Shown here: in pieces, positions 57,793 through 64,000 of the stretch
Layout: each line of letters opens with the position of its first letter
How positions within the stretch are numbered: the first letter of the stretch is position 1
Source: Verrucomicrobiota bacterium
GTDB lineage: Bacteria; Verrucomicrobiota; Verrucomicrobiia; Limisphaerales; J093
Assembly (NCBI GenBank): GCA_016871715.1
Contig: VHCO01000001.1
Span: forward strand, 18,591 to 82,590
Direction of reading: 5' to 3'
DNA length: 64,000 nucleotides
Translations under genes and position numbers: made by a program
Notes under the pieces: generated by a model
Seen by the model: only the letters and a program-made list of their open reading frames with translations
Database searches by the model: none
Told to the model about the DNA's origin: nothing

Positions 57793-59055
57793 ATGGCGTC
57801 CTTCGTCCTCGGGGTGCTGCTGGTGGTGGGGTTGACGTGCGGCTGCCAGCACACGATGCAACGCCAAGCGGAGCGAGTGGCGCGGGACTGGTGCGTGACG
57901 CTCCGCGCCAGCCAGGTCATCCCGGTATACCCTCTCACGGAAGACCTGCGCCCTGGGGACTTGTTCTTGGTCGAGTCTGCCCTCGTCGATCAGAGGCGTT
58001 TTTACGGTCGGCAGGGGTACCTGCCGTTCGAAGGGTATCTGGGCCGGCTCGATTTGGATCGGCTCCCTGCGCTGCAGGCGCCGGGGTTGGGCTATTTCCG
58101 GCCGCCACCGGCCTCGGTGGCGGGCCCCGAGTTCTGGGCGGAAGCGCCGCTGGCGTGTTTGCCGAGCTACAGCTTCACGACGCGATCTGGCCAGGGGGTT
58201 CGGGCTGCCTTTCCGGTGTTTGGTGTGCCAGTGGGGCTCAGTTTTCTCGGCGAGAGCGCTACCGCGGGCTCGATCACGGTCACGGACGCCCGTACCTATG
58301 GCTACGACGAAGCGGCCTTGGATGGCGCGCTGCAGGCGTGGCTGCGGGAGAACCGGGCTTTGTTGGCACGGCACGCCGCTCATCCCGAGCCGCGGTTCGT
58401 GCGCCTGGTGACGCGGGTTTACCTGGCGTCGGCGCTGGAGGTGACCTTGCGCGCAGCGGGGACGACTGCCGGCGGCCTAGACGCGGGCATGGCGAAGTCG
58501 TTTGCGCTGGACGATGTCGGGTCGGAAGGAGGGGTCGATCGTTACACAGAGGCGATGGACCGACTCAACGATTTGCTGGGCCGGCTGTCGGAGCAGGCGC
58601 CGGGCGGCTCGCTGCGGGCGCTGGCGGCCTCGGCGCGTTCCATCACTTTGAACCAGCGTTTCCCGCGTCCCGTGGCGATCGGCTACCTTGCGCGCGAGTA
58701 TCAGATCCTGCCGGGTGGCGGTTTAGGGCCGTCGGTGTCGACGCTGGACTTGCTGGAGGGGCGGTCGGCGGGGGCTGAGATTCGGCGGGAGCAGAACGAG
58801 GCGGCGGCGATTGCTGGGGAGATTGGCGGGCGGATCGCGGGTTACGGCGTGGCAGCCGAGGTGGTGAGGGTGGCGGAGTTCGCCGCTGGGGCGGGTGTGT
58901 TGGCTCGGGCGGAGCAGGAGGAGATCGCGCGGGTGGCGGCGGGCGATTTGCGCCGGGCCAAGATCGAGCTCCAGAATCTGTTGTTGGACTTTGCCGCGGG
59001 CGGCTCGCGGAAGAACACCTGTCGGCTCAACGACCTGTTGGAAGCGCTGCCCTGA
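57793..59055 (+). CDS. hypothetical protein with a gasdermin-like N-terminal region and a helical C-terminal region (candidate pore-forming effector); start ambiguous
   Basis: Long uninterrupted ORF (track 57646..59055, GTG). Alternative starts are ATG 57793 (hydrophobic MASFVLGVLLVVGLTCGC leader) or ATG 57856 (MQRQAERVARDW...). Motif-level resemblance to human GSDMD as I remember it: AERVARDW..ASQVIPVYPL..RPGDLFLV vs FERVVRRV..GEFIPVTSL..QPYCLVV. FVRLVTRVYLASALEVTL vs VYVVTEVLQTQKEVEVT. SITLNQRFPRPVAIGYLAREYQI vs TVTIPSGSILAFRVAQLVI. The confidence given is for the CDS; the gasdermin call alone is about 0.35. Confidence 0.6.
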   Translation: MASFVLGVLLVVGLTCGCQHTMQRQAERVARDWCVTLRASQVIPVYPLTEDLRPGDLFLVESALVDQRRFYGRQGYLPFEGYLGRLDLDRLPALQAPGLGYFRPPPASVAGPEFWAEAPLACLPSYSFTTRSGQGVRAAFPVFGVPVGLSFLGESATAGSITVTDARTYGYDEAALDGALQAWLRENRALLARHAAHPEPRFVRLVTRVYLASALEVTLRAAGTTAGGLDAGMAKSFALDDVGSEGGVDRYTEAMDRLNDLLGRLSEQAPGGSLRALAASARSITLNQRFPRPVAIGYLAREYQILPGGGLGPSVSTLDLLEGRSAGAEIRREQNEAAAIAGEIGGRIAGYGVAAEVVRVAEFAAGAGVLARAEQEEIARVAAGDLRRAKIELQNLLLDFAAGGSRKNTCRLNDLLEALP

Positions 59056-59081
59056 ACCAAGTTGGCTCAACCTGCCTGCCT

Positions 59082-61256
59082 ATGGAAATTGTCTTTCCTC
59101 CCGATGACCCCGCCCTCTTTGGCAGTCAACTGGACTTGCTCGAACGCAAGAAGAAACCACAAGGCGTTTGGGTCGTTGCGGACGCCTCGAGGCGTCAGGA
59201 GAAGCTCGCGGTGGAGTTGCGTGAGGAGCCCGCGGGCGTCCCGGCTCCGCTGCCGCAACCGCCGCCGGCGGGCGACCCAGACGACACCACTCGCGCGTTG
59301 ATTTCCCGGTCGGTCTGGAACTTGCCGGCGAGGCAGCGGCGCGAGCCTGGGCGGCGTGGGAGCCGGAGGCGGGCTAGGGCTGGGACGGTTGGTAGCCACG
59401 AGGTTCGCGTGCTGGCGGTGCATGGGGTGGGACATGGGGACGTGGACCCGGCGCTGGTGCCGGCGTGGACTGGGCTGCTGCAGCAGGGTTTGGCGGTCCA
59501 CAACCCAACGTTGCGCGTGGCGGTCGAGTTTGTGAAGTATGACGATCTTTTCGACCAGGCGCCGCATCATGTGTTGACCTACGGCGAGGCCTTGCTTCGC
59601 TTGGGCTGGAGCGGCGTGACGAGTTGGTGGCGCGACCTGCGGCGTGGCGCGCTGGCTGAGGGGGCGGAGGCGTTTCGGTGGACGGCCGGGATGGTGGCCC
59701 AATGGGTGGAGAACGCCGAGTTGCGGGCCGCCACCCGGGAACGGCTGGCCACCGCCGTCAGGCAGTTCGCGCCCGACGTGGTGGTGGCGCACAGCCTAGG
59801 GTCGTTGGTGAGCTATGACACGTTTTCCCGCTGTCGAACCGATGCGGGCAAGGCGTGGGATGGCCCCGAGTTGATACGCGGCCGTTTCTTCGTGTCGCTG
59901 GGTTCGCAGATTGGCAGCCGGTTCACGCGGCAGACGTTGGGCGGTCGAGTCGAGCCGTTAGCGGCGCGGCATTGGTTTCATCTCTACAATCCGTGTGACC
60001 GGGCCTTCACGGCGCCCCTCCGGCTGGCCTCGGCGCGCTTCGATCAGGTGATCACGAGATTCGACGTGCCCGGTCTGCTCGATCACGAGGCCAGCGAGTA
60101 CTTCCGCCACCGGGCGGCGGCGGAGGGTTGCTGGCGGAGCATCGCGCTGGCCGAACCGGAGCCGCCAGCTCCGCCCAGGGGGCAGCCGGGTCGGTCCGGA
60201 TCCGGCTCGGCTCGGCCTGGGGGTTGGGTGGCGGCGGAGGAGGGCGCCGACCGGGCGCATCGGTTGTCGGTGCTGCGGCCCCCTGTGAGGAAGGCGGCGC
60301 GGCGGCGGGCGCTATTGGTGGGGATTAACGATTACCCCCATCCGAGCGACCGCCTCGAAGGATGTGTGAACGACGTCTTCCTCATGAGCTCGCTGTTGCA
60401 GGAGATCGGGTTCGCGGCCGAGGACATTCGGGTTGTCCTCAACGACCGCGCGACGGCGGCGGGCGTGCTCGATCGGCTCGAGTGGTTGTTGGACGGTGGG
60501 TCGGCGGGGTCGGAGCGAGTGTTCTACTACAGCGGCCACGGGGCGCAGATTCCGGGCTATGGCGTGGGGGAGAAGGTGGACCACAAGGACGAGTGCTTGG
60601 TGACCCATGACTTCGACTGGTCGCGCGAGCACGCGGTGACGGACGATCGATTCCACGAGCTCTACAGCCAGCTTCCCTATGAGACGCGCTTCTTCGCTAT
60701 CTTCGATTGCTGCCACAGCGGCGGCCTGACACGCGACGGCGGCCGGCGCATTCGCGGGTTGACGCCGCCGGACGACATCCGGCATCGGGCGCTGGCATGG
60801 GATGGGCTCGAGGAGATGTGGGTGCCGCGCGATCTGGCTCAACTCGACGCGCAGCGCGCCCGGCGGATGGCGGAGCGCCGCCAACATCGCGACTTCTTCG
60901 GGGAAGACGGCGCCGTCGAGCGCTTGGGTCGGGCCGCGGCGTTGCGGGGAGCCGACGCGCCGTTCGACCGCGCTCGGCGGGCGTACGGGCACCACGGGCC
61001 TTACCTGCCGGTGATTCTGCAAGCGTGTCGGGAGCAGGAATTCAGTTATGAGTATCGGCATGGAACGCAGTCTTACGGCGCCTTCAGCTACACCCTGGCC
61101 CAGTTTGTGCGTGAACAGCGGAAGGCGGGGCGGACCTACTCCTGGAGCAGCTTGGTCGAGTCGGTGGGGGCGAAGCTGGTGCGCCTGGGTTACGACCAAC
61201 GGCCGGCCCTGGTGTGCCCGAAAGCCCTGCGGGATCAGCCGGTTCCTTGGAGTTGA
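59082..61256 (+). CDS. fusion protein: alpha/beta-hydrolase-like module (aa ~107-345) plus caspase-like peptidase C14/orthocaspase domain (aa ~408-715)
   Basis: Starts 26 nt after the upstream stop. Hydrolase: VLAVHGVGHG, nucleophile elbow VVVAHSLGS (Ser238), NPCDRAF, LLDHEASEYF. Caspase: ALLVGINDYP, FYYSGHGAQ (His486), FAIFDCCHSGG (Cys544), p10-like QACREQEFSYEY...YGAFSYTL. No signal peptide. Confidence 0.8.
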   Translation: MEIVFPPDDPALFGSQLDLLERKKKPQGVWVVADASRRQEKLAVELREEPAGVPAPLPQPPPAGDPDDTTRALISRSVWNLPARQRREPGRRGSRRRARAGTVGSHEVRVLAVHGVGHGDVDPALVPAWTGLLQQGLAVHNPTLRVAVEFVKYDDLFDQAPHHVLTYGEALLRLGWSGVTSWWRDLRRGALAEGAEAFRWTAGMVAQWVENAELRAATRERLATAVRQFAPDVVVAHSLGSLVSYDTFSRCRTDAGKAWDGPELIRGRFFVSLGSQIGSRFTRQTLGGRVEPLAARHWFHLYNPCDRAFTAPLRLASARFDQVITRFDVPGLLDHEASEYFRHRAAAEGCWRSIALAEPEPPAPPRGQPGRSGSGSARPGGWVAAEEGADRAHRLSVLRPPVRKAARRRALLVGINDYPHPSDRLEGCVNDVFLMSSLLQEIGFAAEDIRVVLNDRATAAGVLDRLEWLLDGGSAGSERVFYYSGHGAQIPGYGVGEKVDHKDECLVTHDFDWSREHAVTDDRFHELYSQLPYETRFFAIFDCCHSGGLTRDGGRRIRGLTPPDDIRHRALAWDGLEEMWVPRDLAQLDAQRARRMAERRQHRDFFGEDGAVERLGRAAALRGADAPFDRARRAYGHHGPYLPVILQACREQEFSYEYRHGTQSYGAFSYTLAQFVREQRKAGRTYSWSSLVESVGAKLVRLGYDQRPALVCPKALRDQPVPWS

Positions 61257-61418
61257 GGACTCGGATCTGGCCCACGAACGCCTCCGCACGCGATGAACCC
61301 GAAAGCCCATCGGCCGGACGCCCGCGCGCCGTCCCCACTCACGCTCACGCCGCGGCGTCGTGGCACGCTGCCGCCTGGCCGCTCTCGATCTGGGCCGCGC
61401 ACCCGGAGGGGCCAGCGG

Positions 61419-64000
61419 ATGGCGGCCTGGGGTACGATGAGCCTGCTCGCGTGGGCCTGGGCCGTGCGGTTGCTGGGGGCTGGGATCGAGCCTGCGGCGG
61501 ACGCGCCACAGCCCTTGACGCCCGAGGACAGCCTCGATCGTTTCCAGCTCGCGCCTGGCTTTCGCATCGAGTTGGCGGCCGCCGAACCGCTCCTGGCCGA
61601 TCCGACCGGCATGGCCTTCGACGCGCGTGGGCGCATTTTCGTTTGCGAACTCCACGGGTACAACCTGGACGGTCACTATGACGTGCTCGAGTTGAATCGG
61701 ACCGGTGCGCTCGACCGGACGGTGCGCCGCATTCCGGCCAGCCGCGCCGCCGTGGCTCGGGCCGAAGCCGAGACGTTCGGCTCGGTGAAGCTGCTCGAGG
61801 ACAGCGATGGCGACGGCCGGTGCGATCGCGCCACGGTTTGGGCGGAGCGGTTGCCTCCTTGCTACGGGTTGGTCCCGGCGCGCGCGGGGGTGATCGTGCT
61901 GTGCGCGCCCGACATAGTGTACTTGGGGGACGAGGACGGCGACGGGCGCGCCGAGGTGCGCGAGACTCTCTTCACCGGTTTTGGCGTGGGCGAACTCTGG
62001 ACGCGGATCAGCAATCCGCAGTGGGGCGTCGACAACTGGATCTATGCCGCTTGCGGCGACGGGAGTGCGGGCACGATTCGCGGGCCGCATTTGCGCGGGC
62101 CGGTGTCGCTGGGCAACACCGGTTTCCGTTTCAAGCCGGACGGCACGCAGTTCGAGCCGGTGTCGGGCGGCACCAGCGGGTTCGGCCTTGCCCTGAGCGA
62201 TTGGGACGACCGGTTCTTGGTCTCGAACCAACAGCATGCGCTGTTCGTGGCGCCGCTACCGTACCGTTACCTAGCGCGCAACCCGCATGCGGCGGCTCCC
62301 AACGTAGTCGTCAACATCAGCACGGACGGTCACCCCGCCCAGGTCTACCCGGTTGCGCCGCCCGACCCCTGGCGGCTGGCTCGGAGTCAGCAGGCCGAGT
62401 GGGTGAAGTTCTATGGCGCGGCGGAAACCACGATGGGGTTGGTCACCGCAGCCTGCGCCCCGCTGGTCTACCGGGCCGACCAATTCCCGCCGGATTATCG
62501 CGGCAACCACTTCAGTTGCGAATGCGCCTACAATCTGATCCTCCGCTGTCGCCTCGAGCCCAGCGGCGCAAGTTACACCGCCAGTCGCGCCGACTCGAAC
62601 GTCGAGTTCCTCACCTCGACCGAGCAGTGGTTTCGCCCGGTGAACCTCGCCCTCGGGCCTGAAGGCGCGCTGTACATCGTGGACATGTACCGCGAGATCA
62701 TCGAGGACTACTCGGCCATCCCCCGCTACCTCCAGCAACAGTACGGCCTCATCGAAGGCCACGACCGCGGCCGCCTCTGGCGCGTCCTCCACGAGGGTAC
62801 CCCGCGGCGTGCCCCGGCCGATCTGACCCGCGCGAGCACGCTCGAGCTGGTGCAAGAGTTGACCCGCGCCAACGCCTGGTGTCGTCTGACCGCCCAACGG
62901 TTGCTGCTCGAGCGCGGCGACCGATCGGCCGTCGGCCCTCTGACCGCCTTGGCGCGCACCGGACCCACGCCGCAGGCGCGGCTGCATGCGCTGTATGCGT
63001 TGGACGGGTTGAGCGTGCTCGCCCCCCCCGTGCTGGCTGCGGCCATGGAGGATCCGCACCCCGGCCTCCGACGCCATGCGTTGCGTTTGGCCGAGCCTTG
63101 GCTGGACGACCAACCATCGCTGCGCGAGCGCGCCTTCAAGCTGACTGCGGACCCGGACGCCAGCGTGCGGCTGCAACTCGCCTTCACGCTCGGCGAGACG
63201 AGAGACCCGGACCGATGGATGGCCCTGGCGGAACTCGCAGCGCGGGACGGAGCCGATCGCTGGATGCAGGCCGCGCTGTTGAGCTCGGTCCCGGATTCGG
63301 CTGTGCGATTGCTCGAGGCCATCGGCAAGGTGGCGGGCGGCCAGGGCGCCGGGGGCGTGTTGTTGGAACCGCTCGCGGCGGTCGTCGGGGCCCGCCAGAT
63401 GGACGCAGAGGTGGGCGACTTGCTCGCTTGGATCGCCCGCGGACTCGCGGGCACCGATGCCACCGTTCGCACCCGTGGCCTGACGGGTTTACGCGACGGG
63501 CTGCGGCGTCGCCGGTCGTCGCCGCTTGAATCCGCGGTGGGTCGGGCGGCATTGCGGGACCTATTGAGCCAGGCCGATCCGGCCGTGCGCACGCTGGCGT
63601 TCGAGGTTGCGGGCTTGCTGCAGTTGACCGGCAGCCCCGACCTGGCGCCGGTCTTCGAGCGTGCGGTGAGCGAGGCGCTCGATTCAAGCCGCACCGTGGC
63701 GGAGCGGCAAGCGGCGTTGGCGTTGTTGGCCAACGCGCCCTTGGCGGTGTGGGGGGGGAGTGCTGCGAAGCTGCTGGACCCGCGGCAGCCCCTGGACCTG
63801 CAACTCGCCGCGGTAGCGGCGCTGGCGGCCTCCCACGATGCCGCAGTGGGTCCGCTGCTGTTGGCAGGCTGGAACACCTACTCCCCCACAGTCCAAGCGG
63901 CGACGCTCGAGGCTCTCTTTCGCCAACAACAGCGGTTGCCGGCGTTGCTCGACGCCCTGGAAAGCGAGCGGGTCCCGCTCCCGAGCATCGATTCCCTCCG
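61419..64000 (+). CDS. PVC-type membrane-bound dehydrogenase-domain protein with HEAT repeats (partial, runs off the right edge)
   Basis: Not in the ORF track because it is open at the edge. Hand translation from ATG 61419 (or 61437): MSLLAWAWAVRLLGAG...FQLAPGFRIELAAAEPLLADPTGMAFDARGRIFVCE...SDGDGRCD...GDEDGDGRAE...ISNPQWGVDNWIY...WFRPVNLALGPEGALYIVDMYREIIE...GRLWRV..., then HEAT-like repeats (RLHALYALDGL, ...VRLQLAFTLGE...). No stop to position 64000. Confidence 0.8.
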   Translation, partial: MAAWGTMSLLAWAWAVRLLGAGIEPAADAPQPLTPEDSLDRFQLAPGFRIELAAAEPLLADPTGMAFDARGRIFVCELHGYNLDGHYDVLELNRTGALDRTVRRIPASRAAVARAEAETFGSVKLLEDSDGDGRCDRATVWAERLPPCYGLVPARAGVIVLCAPDIVYLGDEDGDGRAEVRETLFTGFGVGELWTRISNPQWGVDNWIYAACGDGSAGTIRGPHLRGPVSLGNTGFRFKPDGTQFEPVSGGTSGFGLALSDWDDRFLVSNQQHALFVAPLPYRYLARNPHAAAPNVVVNISTDGHPAQVYPVAPPDPWRLARSQQAEWVKFYGAAETTMGLVTAACAPLVYRADQFPPDYRGNHFSCECAYNLILRCRLEPSGASYTASRADSNVEFLTSTEQWFRPVNLALGPEGALYIVDMYREIIEDYSAIPRYLQQQYGLIEGHDRGRLWRVLHEGTPRRAPADLTRASTLELVQELTRANAWCRLTAQRLLLERGDRSAVGPLTALARTGPTPQARLHALYALDGLSVLAPPVLAAAMEDPHPGLRRHALRLAEPWLDDQPSLRERAFKLTADPDASVRLQLAFTLGETRDPDRWMALAELAARDGADRWMQAALLSSVPDSAVRLLEAIGKVAGGQGAGGVLLEPLAAVVGARQMDAEVGDLLAWIARGLAGTDATVRTRGLTGLRDGLRRRRSSPLESAVGRAALRDLLSQADPAVRTLAFEVAGLLQLTGSPDLAPVFERAVSEALDSSRTVAERQAALALLANAPLAVWGGSAAKLLDPRQPLDLQLAAVAALAASHDAAVGPLLLAGWNTYSPTVQAATLEALFRQQQRLPALLDALESERVPLPSIDSL

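Noticed and set aside
57793-57855. Calling the first cassette ORF a lipoprotein on the basis of MASFVLGVLLVVGLTCGC.
   Set aside because: Neither Cys has a canonical lipobox at -3 to -1 (GLT-C, TCG-C). Hydrophobic V/L/G runs arise easily in GC-rich frames. An exported product would be separated from the signal-less protease partner. It is kept as an alternative start, not as a call.
60312-62237. Very long antisense ORFs: 641 aa here; also 43072-45048 (658 aa), 26301-27944 (547 aa), 35370-37700 (776 aa), 29713-31002 (429 aa), 40688-41845 and 62726-63877.
   Set aside because: Each lies opposite a confidently identified gene (caspase fusion/PVC dehydrogenase, glnA/amtB, groEL, glycosidase, CotH giant). 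Their translations are Arg/Gly/Ala/Pro-rich low-complexity sequence typical of mirror frames in high-GC DNA. No motifs were recognised.

Overview
High-GC bacterial chromosomal window. All calls come from reading the ORF translations and the DNA by eye, with no searches run. The gene content suggests the PVC superphylum, Verrucomicrobiota-like. This rests on TAT-signal Gfo/Idh/MocA oxidoreductases, a DUF1080 protein, a PVC-type membrane-bound dehydrogenase with HEAT repeats, a giant CotH/lamin-tail-domain surface protein, a PEP-CTERM-like tail, and many secreted glycoside hydrolases. Well-supported housekeeping blocks are selA / S9 peptidase / selB / methyltransferase (14.6-20.8 kb), dnaK-groES-groEL (23.9-28.0 kb), P-II/amtB/glnA (41.7-45.1 kb) and rpmI-rplT-pheS (45.4-47.1 kb). 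Two genes open at the window edges are missing from the ORF track and I translated them by hand: an RND/MMPL transporter (1-1284, minus strand) and a PVC-type dehydrogenase/HEAT protein (61419-64000, plus strand). Accessory or decaying regions are a patchwork of four truncated gene fragments (2.9-4.7 kb), an IS fragment plus a GxxExxY gene flanked by hairpin repeats plus a cyclase fragment (4.7-5.9 kb), and a broken giant-surface-protein gene bracketed by 130-bp direct repeats (12.7-14.6 kb). A family of about 100-bp palindromic REP-like elements is scattered through intergenic DNA. The most interesting locus is 56.9-61.3 kb. It has an unusually long structured non-coding leader containing a 126-bp tandem duplication with palindromes and TTGACA boxes, a G-run tract and a 15-bp tandem repeat. 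This leader precedes a two-gene cassette. The first ORF shows motif-level resemblance to the gasdermin pore-forming domain. The second is a cytoplasmic fusion of a Ser-Asp-His alpha/beta-hydrolase-like module with a caspase-like (C14) protease. I propose it as a candidate gasdermin/caspase-type cell-death or defence module with a non-canonical architecture; this needs structure and profile searches to confirm.
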